From Hemiscyllium ocellatum (taxonomy: Eukaryota), in NCBI RefSeq assembly GCF_020745735.1, contig NC_083405.1:95608135-95672134 (forward strand): 64,000 nt of DNA, given 5' to 3'. This document shows, piece by piece, positions 1 to 12,835 of the stretch. A program made the translations under genes and the position numbers. The notes beneath the pieces were generated by a model that ran no database searches, had not been told where the DNA came from, and saw only the letters and a list, made by a program, of their open reading frames with translations. Within the stretch, counting starts at the first letter, position 1; the number at the start of each line of letters is the position of its first letter.

Positions 1-340
1 GGTATCTCAAATGTATGTAGGGAGCTCCTGGACTAGGGGGGTATAGGACAGTGTTGAGGTAGGTAGAGATGAGTTCAGTGGGGCAGGAGCATGCTGAGAC
101 AATCGGTCGGCCAGGGTGGTCAGGCTTGTGGATCTTGGGAAGGAGGTAGAACCGGGCAGTGTGGGGGTTCCCGGACTATGAGGTTAGAAGCTGTGGGTGG
201 GAGATCTCATGAGGTGATGAGGTTCTGTATGGTCTGGGAGATAATGGTTTGGTGATGGGGGGTGGGGTCATGATCGAGGGGGCAGTAGGAAGAAGTGTCC
301 TCGAGTTGGCATTTGGCTTCAGCGGCGTCGAGGTCAGTGC
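1..340 (-). mobile_element. Penelope-like element RT fragment (degenerate, runs off the window edge)
   Basis: Minus-strand translation gives [34 protein letters not shown], a typical PLE RT N-terminal motif, with stops and frameshifts. Confidence 0.85.
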
Positions 341-1120
341 AAACCTCATGTTCTAATTTTGTCCTCATTCCTTTTTATCCCTCATCCCTAACAGTCTCAA
401 GCATCTCTGCAAGACTTCCCATCCTGGAAATGGGCTACCTCCAAGGTTTTAAAGAAAATAAAATCAAGATTGTATGTTGCAGAGATGCTTTTGCACTGTT
501 TGTGTGAAACTACTTTTTTTTTCTTCATTTGAGCATCAGTTTTTATTGAAGTGTCTCGGAATTTGACCAGGTCAAAGCCTAGGTTACTTCCATGACATTG
601 AAATCAGCCCAAAATGTCATTGTTTGTTCACCCTGTTTGACACTGCAGCACAATTAGTAAACATGCAGATGACAGTAACTGAAAATGTAATAAAGTACAA
701 CATAAATTACTGTCTTGTTTTTCTGGCTTGGGATGAAAGTATTTAATATTGTCCAAAGTTTGGTTGTGCTTGGCACTTTGTTTTGATTTATTTATAGGAA
801 GAACGCTAATTTATTTGTATACGTGTTTGTTGCTAAGTTTCCAATATCCTTTACATTTAGTAAATAAGATCCATAGATTTATGTTTACTTGTAAACTTTA
901 TTCCCATGGGAAAACTAAGAATCTGCAGCTACAACATTGTCATGAGACGTGGTGATCCTTGGCCCCACAAATGGAGTAAAAGAGTCAGGCAATTGGACAA
1001 TAATTGGATCAGTGAAAGACTAGTTCAAGTACTCTTTTCTTCAAGTAGAGTTATGCAGTGTTTTGCTGAGGTAGATTGCCTCATTATTGAGGTTTCATTG
1101 TTGAAATAACAGTGGGCATA

Positions 1121-1334
1121 GGAGAAGGTAAGGACTGCGGATGCTGGAGAGTTAGAGTCAAAAAGTGTGGTGCTGGAAAAGCACAGTAGGTCAGGCAGTA
1201 TCCGAGGAGCAGGGGAGTCGATGTTTCTGCAAAAGCCGCCTTGATGAAGGGCTTGTGCCCAAAATGTTGTTTCTCCTGCACCTCAGTTGCTGCCTGACCT
1301 GCTGTGCTTTTCCAGTGCCACACCTTTTGACTCT
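1121..1334. mobile_element. Palindromic PLE pseudo-LTR (pLTR) insertion, family 1
   Basis: The arm ggagaagg...gctggaaaagcacag...gatgtttc is followed by its inverted copy starting at a degenerate hammerhead (ttgatgaagggcttgtgccc). Confidence 0.8.
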
Positions 1335-1351
1335 AACAGAGGATAGATGCA

Positions 1352-1697
1352 GGGTGGCACTGTGGCTCAGTGTTTGGCACTGTGGCTCAGTGGTTAGCAC
1401 TGCTGCCTCAGCACCAGGACCCCAGTTCAATTTCTGCCTCGGGGGTCTGTCTGTGTGGAGTTTGCACATTCTCCCCATGTCTGTGTGGTTTTCCTTTTGG
1501 GTGTTCCGATTTCCTCCCACGATCCAAAGATGTACAAGTCAGGTGAATTTCCCATGCTTAATTGCCCATAGTGTTAGGTTCATTAGTCAGGGATAAGTAT
1601 CGGGTAGGGGATTGGGTCTGGGCGGGTCCCTCTTCGGAGGGTCATTGTGGACTTGTTGGGCTAAATTACCAGTTTTCATAGTGTAGGAAATCTAATT
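1352..1697 (+). mobile_element. HE1-type (V-SINE) tRNA-derived SINE
   Basis: A box tggctcagtgg (duplicated), B-box-like agttcaattt, V-domain ctgtgtggagtttgcacattctcccc, and a 3' tail like HER1. Confidence 0.85.
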
Positions 1698-2584
1698 GAG
1701 GGTAATGTAGTGGATGTATTTTCAAAATTATTAATGTCCCAAATGAGAGACTTGTAACAGGCGTAGTGATGCATTGAAGTTAATGTAGGGTCACATGAAT
1801 ATGGAGATAAGTGGAGAACAAAAGTCAAAAGATATAGGTGAAAATGACATGATTTAAAATTAAATGGGGTCTTGGATTGAGATTTTTCTCAGTTATTATT
1901 ACCACAATTCACCTGGACTTGGAAACCAAAGAAACATTATTTATATTTTTAATTGCGATTAGAGTACAACAATTGTTTGGGGAGGTGGGGGGGGGGTGGA
2001 AATACAGCACAGATCTGATGGGTTCAATAATCTGTTTTTCTTGTAATTATGGAATTGTTCAGTATAGGCGGTAAATCACTTCACCATTCATGCCCGTCAG
2101 GAGTGAGGTTACCAACTTAGTCCTGTACGCATCTCTTTCTTTCTATAATATCAAATTATTCTTGTTTTTAGAAGTCATATGTATTCTGCTTCCACCACTG
2201 TTCCTAATAGGATGTCCATGTACAAACATAGATAAAATAAAATCCTGCTGAATTCCCCTTTCATTCTGTGGATGATGATTTTTGTATTTGTCTTTCAATT
2301 ACTGACTCATCACTTGGTTTTGCCCAGCTCCCTATTTGCCCTACTAAATCCCTTTGAAATGCCTCTTTGATTTATTCCTAATCCTACTCTAATGGGAGGA
2401 CGTGTCAGTTTCTCTGTGTTTGTGTATATTCATTTATACTCCTTTTAGAAGTGACCATTGCCATTCACTGCATTATGAGTAAAAGATTTGCTGTTAATTT
2501 ACTGACTAGCAGATAGTTTGAGGTGTGGGTCTTTGAAGTGTGTATCATAAATGCAAACAAGTATGTTCCATTAGATTGTGAAAG

Positions 2585-3131
2585 TTAGGCTACTTTTGGA
2601 ATATTGTGTGCAATTCTGGTCTCCTTCTTATCAGAGGGATGTTGTGAAACTTGAAAGAGTTCAGAGAAGATTAACGAGGATGTTGCTGGGGTGGAGGATT
2701 TGGGATATAGGGAGAGGCTGAATAGGCTGGGGTTGTTTTCTCTGGAGCGTCGGAGGCTGAGGGCTGACCTTTATAGATTTATAAAATCATGAGAGGCATG
2801 GTTAAGATAAATAAACAAGGTCTTTTCCCTGGGATGGAAGAGTCCAGAACTGGACAGCAGAGGTTTAGAGTGAGAGGGGAAAGATTTTAAGAGACCTAAG
2901 GGGCAACATTTTCTCACACACAATGGTGTGTGTATGGAATGAGCTGTCAGAGGAAGTGGTGGAGACTGGTACAATTACAACATTTAAAAGGCATCTGAAT
3001 AGGAAGGTATATGAATAGGAAGGGTTTAGAGGGATATGGGCCAAGTGCTGGGAAATGGGACTAGATTAGGTTAAATATCTGGTCGGCATGGACAAGTTGG
3101 ACTGAAGGGTCTCTTTCTGTGCAGTTCATCT
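2585..3131 (+). mobile_element. CR1/HER1 LINE 3' fragment
   Basis: ORF2 C-terminus (LEYCVQFWSP, LERVQR, LRGDL, VWNEL motifs) plus a 3' UTR shared with the other copies. Confidence 0.85.
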
Positions 3132-3199
3132 GAGTCTGAGTGGAGGCTTAAAGTGGGTGTATTTTATGTATTTAAGACAATTCTTTTAAAAAGATAAAG

Positions 3200-4002
3200 C
3201 TGCAAGATCTTGATCAAATGGGCCAAGGAGTGGCAGATGGAGTGCAATTTAGATAAATGTGAGCTGTTGCATTTTGAAAAGGCAGATCAGGCCAGCACTT
3301 AAATACTTAATGGTAGGGTCCTGAGGAATGTTGCCAAACAAAGAGAGTTCATTGGAAGTGGAGTCACAGGTACTCAGGGTAAGAAGGTGTTTGGTGCACT
3401 TGCCCTTATTGGTCAGTGACTTGAGTGTAGGAGTTGGGATGTCATGTTGTGCCTGTCTAGGACATTGGTTAGGCCATTTTTGAAATACTGTGTTCAATTC
3501 TGGTCGCCCTGATATAAGAAAGCTGTTGTGAAACTTGATAGGGTTCAGAAAAAATTTACAAGGATGTTGCCAGGGTTGGAGGGTTTGAGCAATAGGGAGA
3601 GGATGTATAGGTTGGGCTGTTTTTCTCTGGAGCAACTGAGACTGAGGAGGTGACCTAATAAAACCATGAGGTGCGTGGATAGAGTGAAGTGCCAAAGTCT
3701 TTTTCCCAGCGTAAGGGAACCAAAAACTAGAGGATATCGTTCTAAGGTGAGGGGAAAGATTTAAAATGATCCTAAGAGACAAAGTTTTCATACAGAGTTG
3801 GTGAAATTATGAGCTCCCAGAGGAAGTGATGGAGACTGGTACAATTACAACATTTAAAAGGCATCTGAATGGGTCCATGAGTAGGAAGAGTTTAGAGGGA
3901 CATGTGCCATATTCTGGCAAATAGGACTAGATTAATTTAGGATGTCTGATCAGTGTGGCTGGGTTGGTCTGTTTCTGGGCTGTATAGCTCTGATTCCATG
4001 AC
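3200..4002 (+). mobile_element. CR1/HER1 LINE 3' fragment
   Basis: Runs from the WQME..DKC..LHF motif to the 3' tail, with several indels. Confidence 0.85.
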
Positions 4003-4969
4003 TGTCCTGTTTACCCGAGTGAGAGACTACTTTAATGTCTCAAATGTTCTCCCCATCACATCATGTGAGATAATATAAACCAGATCCAGTTTCATTTTGC
4101 TCTGCTGTCATTGTTGTATTTTCAGTTCCTGATTCAACAGCCTTGTAAATTTGTCAATGAGACTAAATGTAACATAATATTAGACTTATGGGTATTTTGA
4201 GCTGAGGGCTCGAGCTCATGAAGGGTTTCTAGGCCAAACTGATTTTCCTTGGGAATCTTAGCAGCCATTAGAAAGAGATCGATGACTTTCTGCCTGGATT
4301 AGTTTGAAGCTCAGGTGCCTCACATGATTATCATATAACGGTAAAACTGATTGAAGAGTGCTTGCGATGATGGTGCTTTAATTTTGATATTATTCTCCAA
4401 TCATAAATCATTATGAAATATATTTTCCATTTTAGTTGTTTCCAAAATCTGACATGGTTAAGTCTTGCATGCTTGAGCAAGATTTACAAATTATTTCCGA
4501 GTCTTAGATGGCATATAAAATCTTTTAGTATCATGTTGAGCACATGAGATTAGTTCAGAATGTTACTGTGTTGAAGTAATTCCAATTGTTACTTCAAAAT
4601 ATCTACAAATGTAACATTTTGGGTACTAATTATTTCAGTCACTAGGTGTAATTCCATGTAAGGTATAAAGCAATGTCCTCTCCTAATGGGTTGCATTACG
4701 AAATGTCACTCTCAACTCTAACTGAGCGATTTGAATTATGACCTAGTTCTGTAGTCTGGTGAGACATTTGACATTTAAAGGGATGTTTGTGCTTTGATTA
4801 TTTAATTTTATATTTGATTAATGATAAATTGGAACTTGCATCCAAGTGGATGTGTTCCTTTAGACAGTTATGATTTCTTTTATGAATCAAATTTGTAATC
4901 CTTAACAGCCATACTTAAATCTTTTCCTGAAAAGGTTTGTTAATGCTAATGAGGTGATCTTCACTGCAG

Positions 4970-5136
4970 GTGCAACAAGTGCAATAGCACTGAAGAGCTC
5001 TGGGGTTACTTCAGATTCTTCCAGTGTTGTCCAACCTTCTCCGTCATGTCAGCAGCAAATTCAAAACAATGTGTTTGATTTACGGAGAAATATTTTTGAT
5101 CTGCGGCAGCAGCTTCAACATTTGAGACAGTCGCAG
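4970..5136 (+). CDS. KIAA1217: KIAA1217/sickle tail internal coding exon A (phase 1 in, phase 0 out)
   Basis: Splice sites ctgcAG|GT and TCGCAG|gtatct. Encodes ...VFDLRRNIFDLRQQLQHLRQSQ, the coiled-coil start that matches SKT 'LLEMRRSVAELRLQLQQMRQLQ'. Joins exon B in frame. Confidence 0.85.
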
Positions 5137-5284
5137 GTATCTGTTCAGTTTCTAAGTGAATAGATGTTACTATGCTACCGTGTTTAACAGTTTTGTTTTT
5201 TTTGGTTGCAATGAAATTATGGTTTTGATATTAAGAATGTATATTGTACTGCATTTTGTGCCCAATATGCTTGCTAGAAATATC

Positions 5285-6360
5285 ACATACGAACATATGA
5301 AGCAGAAAAGTAGGCTGTGTGTCCCTCGAGCCTGCTTCACCATTCAATAAGATCATGCCTGATTCAATTACACCACATTCTTGCCTATCCAAGATAGATT
5401 CTTGACGGGTGAAATACTATCTGCTGCAGTAAATATATTCAAAGGCTCTTCATCTATCACCTTTTTGAGGGAGAGTTTTCAAAGGCCTAATGACCCTTTC
5501 GAGAGAAATCTTTCTTCTCTCTTTTAAATCGATGACGCCTTAATTTTAAATAGTGTGTCTTAGCTCTATTCTCTCTCATTAGTGAAAACATTCTTTCTGC
5601 ACCTGCATTGTGTATGTTTACTCTCTCAAACTCCAGATTCAAGCCTGACTTTTCCAACCTTTTCTAATTAGTGTGGAAAATCCTCCCTGAACTACTTCCA
5701 ATGCAGTGATATCTTTCTCTTAAGACCAATGCCATACACAATTCTCCAGATGTAGTCTCTCTGCCCCATGTAACTGGAATGTAAGGTCTATATTTTTCTT
5801 CTCTATTCCCATTCTAAAATATAACATTCCATGAGGCCTTCCTAATTACTGCTGTACCTACAGACTAACCTTTTTATGATTATATGCAACAGGACACCCA
5901 GATTCTTCTGCATCTCAGAGCTCTGCAGTCTCACTATTCAGACATTTTGTTTATGCTTTTTGCCAAAATGGGACAATTTCAGATTGTCCTACATTCTACT
6001 CCATTTGCCAGGACTTTGCCCACTCACCTTTAACCTAATCTATGTCCATCTGTAGCCACCTTATATCCTTTTTAATGATTTACTTTCCTACCCATCTTTG
6101 TCACCAATAAATTTGGTAGCCATACCTTCAGAGCCCTCATCCAAGTTTATATAAATTGTAAACAGAAAAAAAAGCCCGACCTCCGCACTGATTCTTGTGG
6201 TGTGTCACTGGTTACGTCTTGCCAACCAAAGTAAATGACCTATTTATGACTACTGTTTTGTTAGCTAGTCAGACACCTATATCTGATAATATGTTACCCT
6301 TACACTGTGTTTATTTTCTGCAATAAGCCTTTGTGGTACCTGATGTCTTCTGGAAGTCGA
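5285..6360 (-). mobile_element. Old, decayed CR1-type LINE
   Basis: Antisense remnants of the CR1 RT C-terminal region and 3' tail; boundaries approximate. Confidence 0.55.
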
Positions 6361-7092
6361 AGCACTCTACCTCCATTAGTTCCCTTTTTACCCACGGCAC
6401 ACCTTTTCTCCCTCAAAGCATGCCAATAAATTTGATAAACATGCTTTCCCTTGCGATACATACCTGGTTATTCTTCTCGTCTTCTATTCTAGTTGAGCAG
6501 CGTCTTGATTTTAAAGTCTTATTACAATTTTCAATTCCTTCCATGCCATTGCCTCCAACAATATACTCAAAACATTCAATATAACCTACCTCTTTGATTA
6601 AACTTGATATTCAGGGGCTCAGTGTATAATGCTACTGTTAAAAAACTTTGCATGTTTCATTATATCAAGGTATGATATAAATGAGTTGCTGCTATTTTAG
6701 AATGGGTGTAAGCATGAAGCCAATGCCTGTGTCTCCATATTTTTGCTGTTGTATCCATGGATTTATTTGGATTTCCTTAAAACTAAAATTGGACAAAAAG
6801 TCTTGTTCAATGCAGTTGTTGAGAAAAAATATACCTCTGCCATTTTCTTTTTGAGATTAAATTGAAAGGATAAATTTATGTAATTTATCCTAATTCCAAA
6901 CCAAGCCGGCAGTATGAAATAAGTAGTTAGTCACCTGAAAGGCAGATTCTGACCTATTGTTGAATTCCTCGGACTTTGCATTAAAAATTATATGAAATAA
7001 GTCGTAGTGATGTAATTGCTTTCTGATATCATGTGGTTATTTCATGCTCTACTGGAATGGAATTATGCAAAAGTCTCTGGATTTGACTTGGA

Positions 7093-7858
7093 ATCATAGA
7101 GATGTGCAGCATGGAAACAGACCCTTCGGTCCAACCGTCCATGCCGACCACCCAATCTAGTTTCAACTGCCAGCACCCGGCCCATATCCTTTCGCACCCT
7201 TTCTATTCATGTACCCATCCAAATGCCTCCTAAATGTTGCAATTGTACCAGCCTCCACCACATCCTCTGGCAGCTCATTCCATACATGTACCACTGTCTG
7301 CATGAAAAAGTTGCCCCTTGGGCATCTTTTATATCTTTCCCCCCTCACTGGCGACTGACTGTGTGGAGTTTGCACGTTCTCCCCGTGTCTGCGTGGGTTT
7401 CCTCCGGGTGCTCCGGTTTCCTCCCGCAGTCCAAAGATGTGCGGGTCAGGTGAATTGGCCAAGCTAAATTGCCCGTAGTGTTAGGTAAGGGGTAAATGTA
7501 GGGGTATGGGTGGGTTGCGCTTCGGCGGGTCGGTGTGGACTTGTTGGGCCGAAGGGCCTGTTTCCACACTGTAAGTCTAATCTAATCTAATCACCCTAAA
7601 CCTATGCCCTCTAGTTCTGGACTCCCCAACCCTAGGGAAAAGACTTTGTCTATTTATCCTATTCATGCCCCTCATAATTTTGTAAACCTCTATAAGGTCT
7701 CACCTCGGCCTCCAACACTCCAGGGAAAACAGCCCCAGACTGTTCAGCCTCTCCCTGTAGCTCAGATCCTCCAACCCTGGCAACATCCTTAAATCTTTTC
7801 TGAACCCTTTCAAGTTTCACAACATCTTTCCAATAGGAAGGAGACCAGAATTGCACGC
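7093..7858 (-). mobile_element. CR1/HER1 3' end, interrupted by a SINE
   Basis: Reverse complement of the HER1 3' segment (VQFWSP...LERVQKRF...VWNELPE, tail ctctatgattc). Confidence 0.9.
7349..7590 (+). mobile_element. 5'-truncated HE1 SINE nested in HER1
   Basis: V-domain and (TCTAA)n tail. Flanked by tcac (7345-7348 and 7591-7594). Confidence 0.9.
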
Positions 7859-7860
7859 CA

Positions 7861-7955
7861 GGATTCCTGAAGAAGGGCTTATGCCCAAAACCTCGATTCT
7901 CCTGCTCCTTGGATACTGCCTGGCCTGCTGTGTTTTTCCAGCACGACATTTTTCA
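7861..7955 (+). mobile_element. PLE pLTR stub with degenerate hammerhead (GAAA changed to AAAA)
   Basis: attcctgaagaagggcttatgcccaaaacctcgattctcctgctcc..., the same family as 40609-40805. Confidence 0.8.
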
Positions 7956-9639
7956 ACCAAACTTGCCCTACTCTTGGGAAATAAGACAGCGTAAGTGACT
8001 GAGGTGTCAGTGGGAGAGCACTTTGGGGCCAGCGACCATAATTCTATTCGCTTTAAAATAGTGATGGAAAAGGATAGACCAGATCTAAAAGTTGAATTTT
8101 TAAATTGAAAAAAGGCCAATTTTGATGGTATTAGGTAAGAACTTTCAAAAGCTGATTGGAGGTAAATGTTCGCAGGTAAAGGGATGGCTGGAAAATGGGA
8201 AGCCTGCAGAAATGAGAACAGGAATCCAGAGAAAGTATATTCCTGTCCAGGTGAAAGGGAAGGCTGGTAGGTATAGGGAATGCTGGGTGACTAAAGAAAT
8301 TGAGGGCTTGGTTAAGAAAAAGGAAGGAAGGATAGATCGAGTGAATCCTTAGAGTATAAAGGAAGTGGGAAGTCAGGAGGGCAAAACGGGGACATGAGAT
8401 AGCTTTGGCAAATAGAATTAAGGAGAATCCAAAGGGTTTTTACAAATATTTTAAGGACAAAAGGGTAACTAGGGAGAGAATAGGGCCCTTCAAAGATCAG
8501 CAAGGCGGCTTTTGTGTGGAGCCACAGAAAATGGGGGAGATACTAAATGAATATTTTGCATCAGTATTTACTGTTGAAAAGGATATGGAAGATATAGACT
8601 GTAGGGAAATAGATGGTGACATCTTGCAAAATGTGCAGCTTACAGAGGAGGAAGTGCTGGATGTCTTGAAACAGTTAAAGGTAGATAAATTCCCAGGACC
8701 TGATCAGGTGTACCCAAGAACTCTGTGGGAAGCTAGAGAAGTGATTGCTGGGCCTCGTGCTGAGATATTTGTATCATTAATAGTCGCAGGTGAGGTGCCG
8801 GAAGACTGGAGGTTGTTTAAGAAGGGCGGTAAAGACAAGCCATGGAATTATAGACTGGTGAGCCTGACCTCTGGGCAAGTTGTTGGAGGGAATCCTGAGG
8901 GACAGTATGTACATGTATTTGGAAAGGCAAGGACTGATTAGGGATAGTCAACATGGCTTTGTGCATGGGAAATCATGTCTCTCAAACTTGATAGAGTTTT
9001 TTGAAGAAGTAACAATGAAGATTGATGAAGGCAGAGCAGTAGATGTGATCTATATGGACTTCAGTAAGGCAAGGTTCCCTGTGGGGGACTGATTAGCAAG
9101 GTTAGATCTCATGGAATACAGGGAGAACTAGTCATTTGGATACAGAACTGGCTCAAAGGTAGAAGACAGAGGGTGGTGGTGGGGGTTTGTTTTTCAGACT
9201 GGAGGCCTGTGACCAGTGGAATGCCACAAGGATCGGTGCTGGGCTCTGTACTTTTTTGTAATTTACATAAATGATTTGGATGTGAACATAAGAGGTACAG
9301 TTAATAAGTTTGCAGATGACACCAAAATTGGAGGTGTAGTGGACAGCAAAGAGGGTTACCTCAGATTACAACAGGATCTGGACCAGGTGGGCCAATGGGC
9401 TGAGAAGTGGCAGATGGAGTTTAATTCAGATAAATGCGAGATGCTGCATTTTGGGAAAGCAAATCTTAGCAGGACTTATACACTTAATGGTAAGGTCCTA
9501 GGGAGTGTTCCTGAACAAAGAGACCTTGGAATGCTGGTTCATAACTCCTTGAAAGTGGAGTTGCAGGTAGATAGGATAGTGAAGAAGGCGTTTGGTATTG
9601 GTCAGATTATTGAGTACAGGAGTTGGGAGGTCATGTTGC
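7956..9639 (+). mobile_element. CR1/HER1 ORF2 internal fragment (end of endonuclease to RT)
   Basis: Motifs SDHNSIRF, KENPKGFY, PGPDQVYP, NYRLVSLTS, QHGF..GKSCLSNL, MDFSKA, NKFADDTK; frameshifted. Confidence 0.92.
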
Positions 9640-10605
9640 TATTTTTCTATTCCTTGTCATTTTGTTTGATTTACTGAGTTGTTTGTATTTTTGCCTGTGT
9701 ATAGATATTCATTGTTTGTAACATTTGAGTGGCTATCCTGGAAGTCAGTAATGGTGGTATTTGTCACAAGGCCTAGGTATTGTGTGGTGGATCACTTTTC
9801 CTTCTGCAATCAAAGGCCGCCCTCAAAATCCTTCGTAGAAAATTTAGCGAAAAGTGTCTCAGAATCACAGACTTGTTTAGCTTATCATTTCTGCACCAGT
9901 TCTCTGAATGAACAACTCGCTTGGTGCCATAATTCTGCACATTCTTCCGTCTCTGTTTTCAACTTTTGTACGTCTGCAACGAACATGATTCTATCACACT
10001 GTTGAGCAGTGCATTCCAGATCCTAACCACTCTGTTATTAGCAAATTGTAATTGTCTAGCATTAAATATATGTAAGTGTACAGTTTCATGGTGGCAAAAT
10101 TCATTTCCTTCCTCAGGTGAAACATTACTGCTTTTGTTTGAAATCACAGCTATTCTCAAACTATCCGATTATTCCAGAGAGCATACATATGGTTTGTAGT
10201 ATGGAGTCTTAAGACCATAATCACATTGGTTTGTTTGTATAGTAATAACATCTCACTCATTGATGAGCTGTGTTTCCTGATCAACAGCATTTCGATATTT
10301 CAAGCAGTTAAATAACATTAAATTTGATAGGTTTAGAATCAGTTTTGTAAGGCTAGTGAATAGGCTATTAAACATCCTGTCCCTAATTGTCTGTTATGTA
10401 TTACACGTAGTCACAACATGTGTGCTGCTAAGACAGCCATGTAGATTGAAATAGTTAAATAGTGAGGATTGTATCGCAACACATGATGCATTAACTCCTT
10501 GGAATATTGAAACCAAAATATGCAACATGCCAATCACCATTAGATTGTGGAAGAAAGATGAAATATGAGAATTGTGGTAGACCATTCCTGTTTTGTTTCT
10601 TGCTG

Positions 10606-10725
10606 AAGGGCTATTGCCCGAAACGTCAATTTCGCTGCTCGTTGGGTGCTGCCTGAACTGCTGTGCTCTTCCAGCACCACCGATCCAGAATCTGGTTTCC
10701 AGCATCTGCAATCATTGTTTTTACC
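10606..10725 (+). mobile_element. PLE pLTR stub with a perfect 13-bp TSD
   Basis: TSD ttgtttcttgctg at 10593-10605 and 10726-10738. The element starts inside the hammerhead (aagggctattgcccgaaacgtc). Confidence 0.85.
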
Positions 10726-11401
10726 TTGTTTCTTGCTGTTGCCAAGTGGCCTGAGTGCCAACAATGATCATTTCCATGGTTATTTTCACTGAGTTTTAAC
10801 TTGTTAGAATATTTTGGACTGATCAGCGCAGTATTGGAAAGCATTTAAGTGGATAACCAGGCTGACACGTTCTTTACTTTGTGTTAGATACCTGACTGCA
10901 ACTAGCCAAAGTTAGTCATGCATGCATCTGTAGGTTCCTGATTTTGTGGATAATTGAGGAGGAGTGACGAGGTTCTGTGCAATAGTTGAAGTGCTATGAA
11001 TGCTCTCAAGCAAGCAAAGTGCATCACTCAGAACTCCCTGAATGGTTTAATTCTTTATCTTATATTTTCTAATATGGATGCTTTTGTACATTTATCTTTG
11101 ATTAGATATTTTTCCCTGTTTTATTTAAGATTTGACAGTTTCTGGCCTGACCAGCATTTTATGCCCACCTTTAAGATGATAATGATCTTTCTCAAAATGC
11201 AACAGTTTGGTGTTGTAGAGATACCCAGAGTATGGCAATATAGTTCCAAGTCAGGATGGTGTGTGGCTTGGAAGGAAATTTGCAGATGGTGGTGTTGCCA
11301 TGTGGTGCTGCTCTGTCCTACAAAGCCATCAGGGTCATAGGCTTGGAAGATGGAGGTGCTGTGAAGGAAGCTTGGTAAATTGTATCTTGTAGATAATGTT
11401 A

Positions 11402-11619
11402 GGGGTAGGTTAGCTCAGTTGTCTGAATAGCTGGTTTTTGATAGAGTGAAAACAACAGTGTGGGTTTAATTCCCACACGAGGTGAGGTTATCCTGAAGAA
11501 TGGTCCTTCTCAACTTTTCCCCTTTCCTGAGGTGCAGTGACCCTCAGGTTAAACCACTACAACTTCTCTCTAATGAGAGAGCTGCCCTATGACACAGTGG
11601 AACTATGGCAACTTTACCT
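11402..11619 (+). mobile_element. tRNA-derived SINE (second family)
   Basis: A box tagctcagttg, B-box-like gggtttaattccc, and an internal hairpin cctgagg...cctcagg. Interrupts the LINE. Confidence 0.6.
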
Positions 11620-12136
11620 GTAGATAAAAGTTCTGATGCTTTGTGCTGGTTGTGAAGGAAGTGAGTATTGCAGGCAATGGATGGTGTGCTTTTGAAGTGA
11701 ACTGCTTCATCTTGGGCGGTGTCAAGCTCCTTGAATGTTGGAGCTACATTTGCCCAAGAATGTAGCGGGTATTGTATTAAGACTTGATCTGTGTCTTGAA
11801 CAGGGTGTAAAGAACTGGGGAGCAGGAGGGGAGGTACTCCCCACAAATTTTTCCAACCTATAACTTGCTCCTGTAGCCACAGTATTTATTTGGTTGGTCC
11901 AGTTAGTTTTCAGTGACCCCAGGATGTTAGTGGTAAAGGATTCCATAAAGTACTTGATCATTAAAGAGATTGTTAAATTCTGACTTGTAAACATTCATTA
12001 CCTGGGCACAAATGTTATTTGAAGTCTGAATATTGCTTAACATTTTGCTTTGTATGAACAATTGCTTCAATGTCAGAGGAGTTGTAAATGGTACTGAGCA
12101 TTGTGCATCATTTAGCAAATATCAACTAGGATTGTG

Positions 12137-12300
12137 GTGCTGGAAAAGCACAGCCAGTCAGCCAGCACCTATCCCTGATGAGCTTGTGCTTGAAACATCA
12201 ATTCTCCTGCTCCTCAAATACTGCCTGACCGGCTGTGCTTTTCAAGCATCACACGTTTTGACTCTGATCTCCAACATCTGCAGTCCTCACTTTCTCCTCC
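12137..12300 (+). mobile_element. PLE pLTR with a short inverted 5' arm and 15-bp TSD
   Basis: TSD tcaa(c/t)taggattgtg at 12122-12136 and 12301-12315. 3' end ctgcagtcctcactttctcc. Confidence 0.8.
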
Positions 12301-12835
12301 TCAATTAGGATTGTGCAATTGAGGGATGACCACTGATGAAGAAGCAGAAGATCTTTACTTGGGGTAATGACTTTTCTAACTCTGCAACAATATGGTGGGC
12401 TGAGATAATTGACCTCCACCAATCATAACTACTTTTCTGATGATTATGACTCCAGTAAACTACTTTCTCCTGGATTCACATTTGACTGCAGTTTTGATCT
12501 GACTGCTTGAATCATATAATCCTTATAGTGTGGAAGCAGGCCATTCAGCTCATTGAGTCCACACCGGTGCTCTGAGGAGCATCGCACCACCCTACCCTAT
12601 TTGTTGACATGGTTAAAAGACTGATTAGCTAACTAGAAGCAGAGAGTAGGAATAAATGGATCTTTTTTCAGCCTGTCAGGATATCACTAGTGGCATGGCT
12701 CTGGGGTTGATATTCAGGCCTCAACTCTTTACAATTGATAAATGGTTTGGATGAATGAAATGAAAATATAGTAGCTGAATTTTCTGTTGGCACAAAGATA
12801 AGTAGGAAATTGAGCTGTGAAAAAGATGATAGAAG

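Noticed and set aside
1352-1440. tRNA genes at SINE heads (also 11402, 13100, 15710, 59080, 62900)
   Set aside because: A/B boxes are present but run into SINE bodies, with no complete cloverleaf.
1165-1596. Short ORFs of the 'WCWKSTAGQAA', 'SVWSLHVLPVSAW' and 'PQPPTLQGKQPQ' types
   Set aside because: They are chance or antisense translations of PLE pLTRs, HE1 SINEs and CR1.
7863-7898. Other hammerhead copies (7863, 1240, 12175, 19981, 20746, 27494, 57285, 60476) as active ribozymes
   Set aside because: Each has substitutions or truncation in CUGANGA, GAAA, the GUC site or the stems.
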